A DNA stretch of 58,985 bases, filler included, from Sanchytrium tribonematis (Eukaryota): the NCBI GenBank assembly GCA_018985235.1. It is 5 parts of 5 records of this genome, joined end to end, with 100 filler letters (N's around TTAATTAATTAA, not from the genome) between each part and the next. Parts side by side here need not be neighbours in the genome. Positions count along the whole stretch, not along the records: positions 11,844 to 23,566 come from JADGIG010000250.1; positions 23,667 to 35,388 come from JADGIG010000251.1; 3 more parts are not named here. One strand, written 5' to 3'. The translations under genes were made by a program, and so were the position numbers. The first letter of the stretch is position 1; every line of letters begins with the position of its first letter. A model generated the notes under the pieces. The model had not been told where the DNA came from, made no database searches, and worked only from the letters and a program-made list of their open reading frames with translations. Positions 13,326 to 23,737 of the stretch are shown in pieces.

Positions 13326-13869
13326 ATGCTGTTCCCTTCTTGGATACGCACACTTTTTAAATGTCAGCTGGTAATTTTTCCATCACTTTTTCAGTATCAC
13401 TTAAGTGTCGCCGCATGAAAATTTGGGTTCATCCGTTGAAACTCGATGATTTCTAATTTTTTTACTGAGCAAACATCTGAACATGATCAAGTAAAGAGAA
13501 TGAACTCTACTAGAATTAAGGTGGAGCAACTTGAATCTTGGCCACACCAAAACAAACCTACTTTGTCAATTTATCCGCATAATTTCAAATGCATTCAACA
13601 CCCTATTGTTTACGACCTAATGAAGCATTTAAATGAAGAAATTTGATGTTTAATTAATAAAAAACATTTAAAATATAAAGGCAACACTCAATTTATTTTT
13701 TCAGATTTCCCACACTACCATCATTTCTAAAATCATTTAGAGGCAATCGCAACGCAAATCTTTAACTTTATTTCTTGATCAGATAATCTAAAGGAGAAGC
13801 ATGAAAATCCCTGAAATTGAATTTTGTCAACTTGACAAATAATTTCAGTAATTTTGAAACGATATTATA

Positions 13870-14957
13870 ATGGAAAGTTTTGATTTTCCAGAAAACCCAC
13901 ATCAGTATGAAATAGAAAATAAGATCGGTGAAGGAACCTTTGCGAGTGTTTATATCTGTAAGCATTCAAGTGGAATGAAATACGCAGCCAAAAAAATGCA
14001 TTGGTCAATGCTCAAATTACAAAAACTGGACAAATATATATACAACGAGATACATATTATGAAAGAGATAAGCAGAGGCCACTCGAATTTACTTCAATTA
14101 ATTGATTATTATTACGAACAGCATTATTTGTATTTGATAATGGAGCTTTTGGAGGGTGGTGAGTTGATGGACAAGCTTTTAGAACTTCAGCATTTTGATG
14201 AAGGCCATGCAAAGTTGATCTTTAAGCAGGTGCTAAGTGGCGTTTCTTATTTACATGATCACTGTATCGTACATAGAGATATCAAGCCAGAAAATATTGT
14301 ATTTAGGTATAAAGATAAATTAGATGTTGTTCTAGTAGATTTTGGACTTGCCGTGCATTTAGATCCACTTGAAAGACCTACACTTTCTAGTCCAGCTGGA
14401 AGTAAGGGATTCGTGGCGCCTGAAATTTTACTAGGTGATCCTTACAACGAAGCAGTTGATTTATGGAGTATCGGGGTGACAACTTATTTTGTTCTCTGTG
14501 GATACACTCCATTTGAAAATTTAGAAAAAGATGAAGGGCTAGATGAGCACCTTCGAATCATGAGTGGGAATTACCGCTTTAATAAAGGTGACTGGGATTC
14601 AGTTAGTCTAGAAGCAAAGGATTTTATAAGGCATTTATTGTGTGTTGATCCAGAAAAGAGGCTGACAGCAAAGCAAGCCATGAAGCATCACTGGCTAGCT
14701 AATGTCTCGACTTTAGGAAGGGAGACAACGGAAGCAACAGTAACATTTCATTTATTTAGGGCCCCAATCTTCTTCCAAACATACATGGCCATCTATCCAG
14801 ATTTAAGGCTGTGGTTAATGCCGTACAGTTTGTTCAAAAAGTGCATAATGTACTATTAAAAACGCCCCCTACCCCAACGCAAGGTACAGATGAACCATAT
14901 CATAGAAGTCCTGATGAAATGAGGCAGGCCCTCGTTGAAAAACTAAAATCAGGATAA
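13870..14957 (+). CDS. Ca2+/calmodulin-dependent protein kinase (CaMKI/Cmk-like), 2 exons: 13870-14739, 14760-14957
   Basis: GEGTFA, HRDIKPEN, DFG, APE, DLWSIG. Removing the 20-nt intron gives a CaMK-like regulatory tail, NLLPNI...FKAVVNAVQF, ending TAA at 14957. Confidence 0.9.
14740..14759 (+). other. 20-nt spliceosomal intron
   Basis: gtaacatttcatttatttag; removal restores the CaMK-like tail. Confidence 0.75.
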
Positions 14958-14983
14958 CATAAGAATTCATGTCCAATAATAAA

Positions 14984-15847
14984 TCAAGGTGGCGCCAAAT
15001 ATTTTTCAAGATGATGTTTTTGCACACCTTCTTCAGTCATAATATATAAATACGTCTTGAAAATGAAAGCATCAAGGATTGGCAAATCATTTTCCTCGCA
15101 AATAACCATTGTTTGCACACGCGGTTCTTTCATCATATCTAAATGAGCCACTTTGAAGTCGGAAATAGCCAATACTCCATACTTTGTAATTTTGAAGTTT
15201 GAAGTAGAGAAGGGAACGGGTAATTCAGACATTTTCTCAAAATATTGATTACAAACATCAAATTTACAAATGTTGTCCTGGATATACAAAAGTCCGTAAA
15301 AGAGTAAATCAATATCGAAAATGGTAGCCCAGCTCACTCTCATTTTCAATGCTTTTATACTGACCATAGTTTCTCGAGTATAAATTACCAGGTATTCCTT
15401 ATAATGTGCCAAAACATGTTTGGGAGTTGATTGTATATTGTGACATTGTTGGAATAAATGAGGTGTAAATAAGCAAGATTTTTCATCCCTGTCTCTCCAA
15501 CTCGGTATATGGATACCAGCTTCATTGCAGTAAATCGCCCCTATAGGATCAAAATGAATTAAGGTTGGCTTTTCGTACAAATAAATGGTGTGTTTCAATG
15601 GCAGAACTTGGGAATAATGGGGATGCTCAACTTGAACAACAACACTATCACCAATGCAAAATGTCCCATAACTTTCTATTCCGTCAATTATAATCCCGTT
15701 TTTAGTGAGTTGTACAATTTTGCCTTCTATGACGGCAAGCTCAATTTTTTCTTGCTGCTTTAATGAAGCATACTGCTTTTTCTTTTTGGAAAGAATACGC
15801 TCACGTTTGTGAACCAAATTGGACAGCAAATTGGAATAATATTCCAT
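14984..15847 (-). CDS. Hypothetical protein
   Basis: 287-aa ATG ORF tightly packed between recognisable genes. Confidence 0.7.
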   Translation of the reverse strand: MEYYSNLLSNLVHKRERILSKKKKQYASLKQQEKIELAVIEGKIVQLTKNGIIIDGIESYGTFCIGDSVVVQVEHPHYSQVLPLKHTIYLYEKPTLIHFDPIGAIYCNEAGIHIPSWRDRDEKSCLFTPHLFQQCHNIQSTPKHVLAHYKEYLVIYTRETMVSIKALKMRVSWATIFDIDLLFYGLLYIQDNICKFDVCNQYFEKMSELPVPFSTSNFKITKYGVLAISDFKVAHLDMMKEPRVQTMVICEENDLPILDAFIFKTYLYIMTEEGVQKHHLEKYLAPP

Positions 15848-15873
15848 TTAAAAACAAGGAGCAAATGCACATA

Positions 15874-16236
15874 TTAGAAATAGGACTTTATTTTAATACC
15901 TTCTGGATCAAGAGGAAGTTGGGTAGGAAGAAGCTTATCTTGCGCTAATTTTGTCTTGTAAGGACTTTCAAGTCCTCTTTCTTTTGCAGCGTGGAGAATT
16001 CTGACTGTATTTCTATCAGATTCCGCTTGTAAAAAAGGCATCAAGCTAATTCTAAGCCATGCTTTTTCTCTTTTCAGCTCTTCTTGCTCCTCAAATCCTT
16101 TCAAAAAATGATACCAGCCATAACCCATGAAAGAGAAGACACCTAATAAAAGTAATGCACTTGATGGCCCTCGATTTGGTAGATTTCTTTGGTATTTGAT
16201 TGATGCAAATTTTTCTTTGGGTGGCAAATCTTGCAT
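15874..16236 (-). CDS. NDUFA13: Mitochondrial complex I subunit NDUFA13/GRIM-19
   Basis: MQDLPP...IKYQRNLPNRGPS, TM segment, ELKREKAWLRISLMPFLQAESDR. Confidence 0.92.
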   Translation of the reverse strand: MQDLPPKEKFASIKYQRNLPNRGPSSALLLLGVFSFMGYGWYHFLKGFEEQEELKREKAWLRISLMPFLQAESDRNTVRILHAAKERGLESPYKTKLAQDKLLPTQLPLDPEGIKIKSYF

Positions 16237-16263
16237 TCTAAAAACAAGGAGAAATTTTTATTG

Positions 16264-18699
16264 TCAGCGGAATATGGAGTAATCATTGCTTGGTCTGTAT
16301 TTTCTATCATTACCTCGAAAATCTCTATTATTTCTTTCATATGTAGGTGCAACCCGACTTGTTTTGTATTGACTACTATCTGTTCTATCTGCCAAAATGT
16401 GACGAGGGAATCGATCATTTCTAGGATTGTGAATGCGATCTACATCCCAGTTTGTCAGTTCCTTTCTTGGAAATCTGGCTCCTTCTAAGAGTCCAAATGG
16501 GATAAATTTAGACTGAGACATATCGAAATGAAGACAAACAACTGAAGAATTTTCTACAAAAGGAATATCCAAATTTGGAACCGGATAATTTAAACTGCAT
16601 CCGGGATACCCTTCATACTGTGATTTTGTCAATAGTCCGTGAATATTCAATTTAGAAGAACAGTCCACCACAACATATTTCCCAGACTCAGAAAATGCAG
16701 AGGCACATGTATTGAATGCTTCATGGTGCTCAGATACATATATTATATCTCTCCCAGGAGCATTTAATATGACGTCTCGAGTATCAAGTAATTCATCAAC
16801 CTTTTTCAAGGCATTAGCCATTCGATCATCGTCAATAAATGGCAAAAGTACAACACCTTGCCAAGAAAATTTTTTACCATTGAGGTCTATCGGAAACTCT
16901 AAAGGATAGTAATCAATAATCTCTGAATTTTTGCTAGTCATCAAAAATCTCCATGGTTTTGGAATAAAATCTTGAGATTGTGAGGGTAACACTCTCATCA
17001 GTTGTTCTAATGGCTTGTAGGGTTTTCCTAGCTTAAATGATATCTGTAATTCTCCAATATTAGTAAAGTCGCTCGCAAATGGAGCGTAATGGTATCTGTA
17101 AACATATTGCCATGAAGGACAGCCCAAATAATAATATTCGAAGACCCAACAAAGTCCTTCGATATAATTTTCAATTATACTGTAATGAATTTTTCTACTT
17201 TCTTCACTATTTTCAGATATGTCGATATGAAACTTTTCTTGATAATATCTTTGCCTCCACCCTTGCTCGTAAAAGCGAATGTTGTCTACTGGCTCTTCCA
17301 CCGCTGGTTCTTTTTCCGGATTAGTAACCTGGAGACTAGATGTGTTATCTTCATTTATCAGATTTTCTTGGGCTTCGCCTTTGACTTTTTTAGGATCAGG
17401 CAAATCATCTTCATCTGGTGACTTTCTTTTTAATTTCTCTCGCATTTCTTCTGCGGCAGCAATGTTTGCTTGACGCAATAACCCTCTGTTCTCCAGCATT
17501 TCATGAGTACTATTTTTTAAAGAGTCAGCTTCATTCACAGGAACAGCATATTTCAGAGGATCAAATCCTTTTTCAGATGTGATCCCACCAGGGTGAGAGA
17601 TCTCGACTTTTTTGCCAATCTTACGCTCTTCTGCTTCCTTCTCGCGTTGCTTCCTACTGTCTTCTCTATCCTGATCTTGTTGCTTTCTGCGTTGGAATAT
17701 AATATCTTCTGCTTTGCCAAGTTCAGCAACCAATATTTGCACATTTTTTAGAAGAACCTTTCCATTTTCGGTTAGATGACCTGTTTGCTGAAAATTTCTC
17801 TTATAAAGATCAACTAGCAAGTTGATAGCACCTTCTCTGATTTCTAAACTAGGTAAATGCGGCAAAAAATCATTGCCAACGAAAAAGCAAAGAAAAACCC
17901 AATCATCTAGACCTCGTTCAAGATTCCACATATCATGACGAGGATTGAGTTCTATTTCCAAATATTCTCTAAGAACGGGAATGCTAATCATAATGTATGG
18001 TGGGTGTCCATTAAATTGATCATAAATATTAATCTTTTCGACCCCGCTATCAACTGCCTGCCTTTTTATTCTTTCGAGAAGAAGGACATCTTCTCTCATA
18101 ACAAAAAAATTTGACTCATGAGTGGCAATTCCAAGCATCATGAGATCTGCATCCAAACCCAAGACACAGTGCTTGGTATTTGGGTCATAATTTTTGTCAA
18201 TTCTCAAGGATCTGACAAAATTGCAAATTTTGTGCTCGCCTTCTCCCTCAACATTTGAATCACTTACAATCACGACACATTTCTTCCATAATTCATGATT
18301 TTTTAATCTTTCTTGGATATAAATTTTTAAAGCATTTGTTAAATTAAACATAAATGCGGTACCAGGTGTGATCTGATTAGAATCCCAGGCACCTGGCTCA
18401 TTTTCTAATGCACTTCTAAATCTTCTGCTTCGTTGTTGTGCTTGCTTAGCTGATGGTGCGGGACCATCTATTGCCATAAATATCAATGAGGGTCTTACAA
18501 GCTCGATGATATGATCAATATAATTAAAAATATTATTAAACATTTCTTCCTCAGTAGTTGGTTGAGCGCCACCTTCTGGGTGGGTACACGGATGGATTAT
18601 ACCATTCATATCTAGATACAGATTATCAATTGGCTCAACCTTTTGTACAATCTTTGGATACTTTCGTTGCACAAATCTAAAAAATTGCGGAACTCCCAT
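16264..18699 (-). CDS. XRN2: 5'-3' exoribonuclease 2 (Rat1/Dhp1)
   Basis: MGVPQFFR, DNLYLDMNGIIHPC, QQRSRRF, ITPGT, GEGEHKI, GNDFLPHLP, YHYAPFASD. Confidence 0.96.
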   Translation of the reverse strand: MGVPQFFRFVQRKYPKIVQKVEPIDNLYLDMNGIIHPCTHPEGGAQPTTEEEMFNNIFNYIDHIIELVRPSLIFMAIDGPAPSAKQAQQRSRRFRSALENEPGAWDSNQITPGTAFMFNLTNALKIYIQERLKNHELWKKCVVIVSDSNVEGEGEHKICNFVRSLRIDKNYDPNTKHCVLGLDADLMMLGIATHESNFFVMREDVLLLERIKRQAVDSGVEKINIYDQFNGHPPYIMISIPVLREYLEIELNPRHDMWNLERGLDDWVFLCFFVGNDFLPHLPSLEIREGAINLLVDLYKRNFQQTGHLTENGKVLLKNVQILVAELGKAEDIIFQRRKQQDQDREDSRKQREKEAEERKIGKKVEISHPGGITSEKGFDPLKYAVPVNEADSLKNSTHEMLENRGLLRQANIAAAEEMREKLKRKSPDEDDLPDPKKVKGEAQENLINEDNTSSLQVTNPEKEPAVEEPVDNIRFYEQGWRQRYYQEKFHIDISENSEESRKIHYSIIENYIEGLCWVFEYYYLGCPSWQYVYRYHYAPFASDFTNIGELQISFKLGKPYKPLEQLMRVLPSQSQDFIPKPWRFLMTSKNSEIIDYYPLEFPIDLNGKKFSWQGVVLLPFIDDDRMANALKKVDELLDTRDVILNAPGRDIIYVSEHHEAFNTCASAFSESGKYVVVDCSSKLNIHGLLTKSQYEGYPGCSLNYPVPNLDIPFVENSSVVCLHFDMSQSKFIPFGLLEGARFPRKELTNWDVDRIHNPRNDRFPRHILADRTDSSQYKTSRVAPTYERNNRDFRGNDRKYRPSNDYSIFR

Positions 18700-18848
18700 G
18701 TTTCTTAATTGTAACCCTTACAAGTTGTAATGGATAAAAAATTTATTCTTATTTTCGATTTGTTATCAGAAGTTAATGTTCAAATACGGAAAAGATTCGG
18801 GTTTATCTAAGCTGATAATTATAATCAAAGGGTGTGAAACATCTAATC

Positions 18849-19625
18849 ATGTTGTTAACGTCTTTCAAGGTTGCTTTAGGCATACAATGTGCATTTGGAA
18901 TTCCGAGCTCGATTCTAAAAACCGAAAAATTGTATGATTTCAGCGGAGCATTAACGCATATTGCAATAGTTGCTGTAGCATTACGATTTAAAAATCCAAA
19001 CATTCATCAAACAATTGCTAGTGCGATTAGTATTGGCTGGGCGGTCAGATTGGGAGGATTTTTGGCATACAGGATGTATAAAACTCATTCGGACACCAGG
19101 TTTGATGCATTTAAAGGTTCCAGCCTTCGATTTTTTGGAATGTGGATTGGTCAAGCGTTTTGGTGCTCTTTAATTCAAGTTCCTGTTGTATTGATGTTAA
19201 GCAGAGCTCCATTGGGACCATTGACTTTAGTTGACAAAATTTTGGGTGGTAGTTGGTTGGCTTGTGTTGTTTTAGAGGCAATAGCAGATCAACAAAAATG
19301 GAATTACAAGGCAAGTAAGACAAAAGAGGACCCTGGATTTACTCACACAGGGCTTTGGAAATATTCTCAACATCCTAATTATTTCTTTGAGATTAGCGCA
19401 TGGACCTGCGCATGGCTATTTTGCTGTAAACATTTACCAGTTCATTTGTTTACTATTGGCGCTGTGTCTCCTCTATTCACATCGCTACTACTTTTGAAAG
19501 TGAGTGGTATTCCTTTGGATAAAAAGAAAGAAAAATATGGTACTGACAACAGATTAGTTGCTTATAAAGAAAACACCAGTTTATTAGTTCCTTGGTTTCC
19601 GAAAAAATCAAATAAACAAGATTGA
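18849..19625 (+). CDS. DUF1295 / steroid 5-alpha-reductase-like membrane protein
   Basis: LYDFSG, WAVRLGGFL, EAIADQQK, GLWKYSQHPNYFFE, SGIP. Start taken at the first ATG. Confidence 0.9.
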   Translation: MLLTSFKVALGIQCAFGIPSSILKTEKLYDFSGALTHIAIVAVALRFKNPNIHQTIASAISIGWAVRLGGFLAYRMYKTHSDTRFDAFKGSSLRFFGMWIGQAFWCSLIQVPVVLMLSRAPLGPLTLVDKILGGSWLACVVLEAIADQQKWNYKASKTKEDPGFTHTGLWKYSQHPNYFFEISAWTCAWLFCCKHLPVHLFTIGAVSPLFTSLLLLKVSGIPLDKKKEKYGTDNRLVAYKENTSLLVPWFPKKSNKQD

Positions 19626-19627
19626 TT

Positions 19628-20476
19628 TTATTTATGGAAACGGTTTTGCTGCTTCTTAGTGTATTCTTTATTAGGACTTATACGACTCAAAAGATCCCAT
19701 TCAACTTCGTGCATATTTTCACATGATGGAATTATTAACGAATGTAGCGGTTCGCCAAATTCCATATTTTTCAATTCTTCCATACTCCCACAAACATATT
19801 GTTGCGAATCAGTACCTATTCTTAAAGCAGCAACAATCAAAGTGTCTGATAGTAAAGTTGGGTCTTCCCATTTTTCCGAAATATCTAATAATTGTTCGAT
19901 TGCAGTATTGACTGTCATATAGCGTGGCGGGAGATATTCAGGCTTACCCTTAGCCAAGCTTTCCCAGGTAGGCTCCTTGACTTTAATATCTAATAAACAT
20001 AAAGTGTGTAATTTTTGTGATAAATTTGATTCAATTTTCTCATAAAAAGACTCTGGTTGCCAATTACCTTGCCAAAAGGGAATTGATACTATTTGACCAT
20101 AATGGTACAAAGATATTCCACAACTCCCGACTGAATTGATTATACTTGCGTTATGAATAATTTTTACCTCTATGTTCATCTCGTATGCTCTCAAAAGAAG
20201 GTCTGAATGAGTTGTTGCGGAAAACGGATCGCCAACAACCAGCAGACAGACTTCCATACTCTGAGCGTCTTCAAGGAAACTTGGATTTTCTTCAATATTT
20301 TGCCGATCAGCGACATCAACTTTAATTTGGTAAACAGACTCTAATTCCTTCACGTTACTTTGCAATATTGAAGTGTAATGCTCCAAAACTACTTTATCGG
20401 CCTTCTTTATAATATTTAGCGCTTTAACACTGATATCTTCCACATCGCCCAATCCCAATCCGATCAAATACAACAT
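19628..20476 (-). CDS. DPH5: Diphthine methyl ester synthase
   Basis: MLYLIGLGLGD, VVGDPFSATTHSDL, HTLCLLDIKVKE, FGEPLHSLII. Confidence 0.96.
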   Translation of the reverse strand: MLYLIGLGLGDVEDISVKALNIIKKADKVVLEHYTSILQSNVKELESVYQIKVDVADRQNIEENPSFLEDAQSMEVCLLVVGDPFSATTHSDLLLRAYEMNIEVKIIHNASIINSVGSCGISLYHYGQIVSIPFWQGNWQPESFYEKIESNLSQKLHTLCLLDIKVKEPTWESLAKGKPEYLPPRYMTVNTAIEQLLDISEKWEDPTLLSDTLIVAALRIGTDSQQYVCGSMEELKNMEFGEPLHSLIIPSCENMHEVEWDLLSRISPNKEYTKKQQNRFHK

Positions 20477-20570
20477 CTCCTAGATGATTCTAGCCAATTA
20501 CGATTCGTCGCGAATCCCTCTAATTTCTCTAAATAAATATTTTGAAATCCACCCCTTTCGTATATCAAAA

Positions 20571-21512
20571 ATGAAATTGAATTCAGAAGTTGCTAGTGAC
20601 AGCAGTAAAGCTGTTGCAAACTATATTGGAACCTTAAACCAAGAAAATAATGACCCTAGTATCCAAAACAATTTATTTGAGCCATTTGAGTTGCTCGAAA
20701 TCCCTCACAATCAAATGCCGTTATATCCGGCTCCATTACCACCAAATTTTAATGCTGCTGCCTATGTAGCAGAGACCACCACTCGAATTAACACTGCAAA
20801 ACTAGCCGCGAAAGCTAAAGGTATTGCGAAACCAGTGTCGTCAAAGCCTACATTAAAACAGCAGCCCCAAATACTTAGAGAGGCCATCAAAATGACACCC
20901 GGTAGAGCTCCAGATGATTTGAGAAAAGCTGTTTTATCGGGTTTTTTAGCATATAAAGATGATTTGAAACGATTAGGTGGTAGAACCAGTGAGAAACAGA
21001 TTGTGAAAAGAAAAATCATTGACAACTTTCTAAATAACCGAGTTTTTAGTGGAGTAGACATGAGTGTAGTTGATGAGAAATTTATTGCGGCTATTTATGA
21101 TCTTGAACATACAAATTTCGTAAGATACATGGAAAGAGCAATGAAAAGTGGTTCAGGAGCCACTAAAAAAACTGCTCTGTTTGATTTAGGGTTTGAATTA
21201 TGGAAAGGAGACCCAAAAGCGATTGAACCAGTTCGTATAAAATTAGGCAGACCAGTTGAAGAAATTACACGTGATATGGTGACTCCCAAATTTGAGCCTA
21301 TAAAACCAATACAAGATGATGACTTAAAGCAGCTGCACAACAAAGCCACAAAGAAGAAGTCCGATGATGCCAATAGTCTTAGTTTAAAAAACGAAACAAT
21401 GATGACGATTCGTGATACCAACAAGAGATTTAATTCATATATGGATACAAGTGAAGAATATATGAAATTAAAGATTCAATTGATGTTAAAACAATTAAAT
21501 GGAGAACAATAA
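20571..21512 (+). CDS. Probable Harbinger ORF2 (Myb/SANT-like DNA-binding partner)
   Basis: Convergent with a Harbinger transposase; central KSGSG...LFDLGFELW..DP...P pattern and coiled-coil C-terminus resemble PIF/Harbinger partner proteins. Start could be 20484 or 20571. Confidence 0.6.
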   Translation: MKLNSEVASDSSKAVANYIGTLNQENNDPSIQNNLFEPFELLEIPHNQMPLYPAPLPPNFNAAAYVAETTTRINTAKLAAKAKGIAKPVSSKPTLKQQPQILREAIKMTPGRAPDDLRKAVLSGFLAYKDDLKRLGGRTSEKQIVKRKIIDNFLNNRVFSGVDMSVVDEKFIAAIYDLEHTNFVRYMERAMKSGSGATKKTALFDLGFELWKGDPKAIEPVRIKLGRPVEEITRDMVTPKFEPIKPIQDDDLKQLHNKATKKKSDDANSLSLKNETMMTIRDTNKRFNSYMDTSEEYMKLKIQLMLKQLNGEQ

Positions 21513-21576
21513 ATATTTAAGATTTAAATTATATGCATCTTGATTGGTAGTTCACACGTGCATATTCACCAAATAT

Positions 21577-22795
21577 TTATCCATCAAACAAAGACATGAT
21601 ATACTGGCAATAAATTTCTCTGTTTCCTTGAGAAAATGCACGTCTATTATCATCATTATTCTCCATTTCACCAAATATTGCACTTAATTGAGACACTTCC
21701 CTACACATTTCATAAAACTTCATCTGATTGGTATCCATTTCAATCAAACCAATACTTGTATCACCTAAATTAATTGCAATCACCAATATCAATACAATAA
21801 TTGTGTATTATCATCAATGCTTTGGTTAATTTGACATGCATGGACTTGGAGACTGCAACTGCAAAACTGAGAAATTTCCATCTTCTCTTTATCATACCAA
21901 ATGTCATTTCTGTTTTTACTCGTGCCCTGCTCAGATGTAAATTGAATAAATTTCGCACATCACTACATACTCGAATTTCATTGATGTCAAAAGGCACAAA
22001 CATGTTTGGTTGTATAGGGAACCCACCATCTGCAACAACAACATACTCTAAACCAATTTGATCTAACCATGGCTTTAAATTAGATGTGTTAAAACCATAG
22101 GAGTCCTGTCTACACCCAGGAATACCCAAATCAGCACCAATTACTCGACATTTAGCATCTACCATACAGATACAATTAAGACTATAGAAACCTTTATGGT
22201 TATAATAGCTAGTTTCTGTACCTTTTTCAGTTATGGCAATTGGAAAATGGACACCATCGATTGCGCCGCACACGTTTGGAAATATTGATTTTGAATAAGT
22301 TTTAAAATCAGAACAATTTTGTTTAATTTGTTCTATCGAGGACGGTAGAGAAATGTAGCTATCAAATACCTGTAAAATAGCATCAGTAAATTCATAAATT
22401 ATTCGTCTAGCTGTTGATTCAGATAATCCAAATGCAAATCCAGCATTAAATATGTCTGGATCTCTACCGCAATAATACAAAAACATGCCAAATCGAATAG
22501 AATCATTGATTCTAGGTCTTCCAGTAGTGTTAGGTGCAGCACTATCCAAATGTGGCTTAATTATGTCCAAAAAAGAAATAAATGTTTCTGGCGAAAGTCG
22601 ATAAATCTTAATAAAACGTGCTCTGGATATAGCGTTGTTTTCAATTTGTTCAATCGGGTCATGTAGTCTTACATAATCAAAATATTCTCTATGTTGCAAA
22701 TTAGTGATAGATTGATTGTAAAACAATTGAACGTTTGTTAAATATTGCGCAATTAGTGGAATTCCAGTTATTATTTCTTGATCTTCCTCTAACAT
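21577..22795 (-). CDS. PIF/Harbinger (HARBI1-like, DDE_Tnp_4) transposase, 2 exons: 22795-21784, 21764-21577
   Basis: GAIDGVHFPI, YNHKGFYSLN, ADGGF, RVKTEMTFGMIKRRW, IIHNYC. Removing the 19-nt intron gives a 399-aa protein. Confidence 0.92.
21765..21783 (-). other. 19-nt spliceosomal intron in transposase
   Basis: gtgattgcaattaatttag; joins the two ORFs in frame. Confidence 0.75.
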
Positions 22796-22992
22796 GTAGA
22801 ATTAGTTTTGAAATTGTAAAGCATATTTTATTAACAACTAGAGCCACATGCCTCTAAAAATGCTTCTGATCTGATCAGAAATGACTTTTAAATTTGGGCC
22901 TAAGCAATCATGTAAAAAGTTGGATTTCATGTGGCAGCATAAGAGCGCATCTGCACAGTTTTTATTGAAGTTGATCCTCAAACTCAAACCAC

Positions 22993-23325
22993 ATGTCTAA
23001 TCTTGAAATTCAAAGAAAAGAAAACTACTATAACAAAAAGATTGATAGTGCTCAACCCTTGCATTGCACCAATACTGAAGAGCACAAAAAAACTTGGATC
23101 CAAAAATGCTTTATATCAAAATTATTGAGTATTTTCAAGGACGAAGAATCTGAAGAGGTTAAATTGGAATTGACCGACTTTGATCTAAATCGAACTTGTT
23201 TTTGCATGGAGTGCGCTACGTGTCGCAGCTTATTGAATAGAAACTTAGAATCTGAAATTGATCCGTTAGAAACTTCTCTTGAATTTCTGACGGTATTTGA
23301 AGGAGCGAAAACCTCAGTCCAATGA
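22993..23325 (+). CDS. Hypothetical protein
   Basis: 110-aa ATG ORF with CxCxxCxxC. Confidence 0.4.
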   Translation: MSNLEIQRKENYYNKKIDSAQPLHCTNTEEHKKTWIQKCFISKLLSIFKDEESEEVKLELTDFDLNRTCFCMECATCRSLLNRNLESEIDPLETSLEFLTVFEGAKTSVQ

Positions 23326-23566
23326 TACCTTAATGAATTTAAATTAGAAATATCCTTAATAAACAAGGTTTTATTTTTAAAAATTGATTTTTTAAATGTT
23401 GGCCAAGAAATCATTCAAATCATATTTGTAATTTAACTCTTGCTCTTTTGACTCTTCAAGAAATCTTTTGTTCTGTATAATTTCTAACTGAAGTCTTGTG
23501 AAGTGATTCTTTTGCAATATATTTTGCTTTGAAACTAGCCCTTGTATTTTGTCCTTCAACTTTTCT

Positions 23567-23666
23567 NNNNNNNNNNNNNNNNNNNNNNNNNNNNNNNNNN
23601 NNNNNNNNNNTTAATTAATTAANNNNNNNNNNNNNNNNNNNNNNNNNNNNNNNNNNNNNNNNNNNN
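23567..23666. other. Artificial contig linker
   Basis: N44-TTAATTAATTAA-N44. Confidence 0.98.
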
Positions 23667-23737
23667 GTCGTATAATTGAGGGATCATGGCAGATGACATT
23701 TCAATAAATAGGGGGTTTTGAAAAATATTTTAAGAAT

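Noticed and set aside
16143..17744. Antisense and alternative-frame ORFs overlapping XRN2 (and similar ones over other genes)
   Set aside because: Shadow ORFs of well-supported conserved genes.
22864..22880. Palindrome ttctgatc-t-gatcagaa upstream of the transposase
   Set aside because: A single short palindrome with no counterpart at the other end; insufficient as a TIR.
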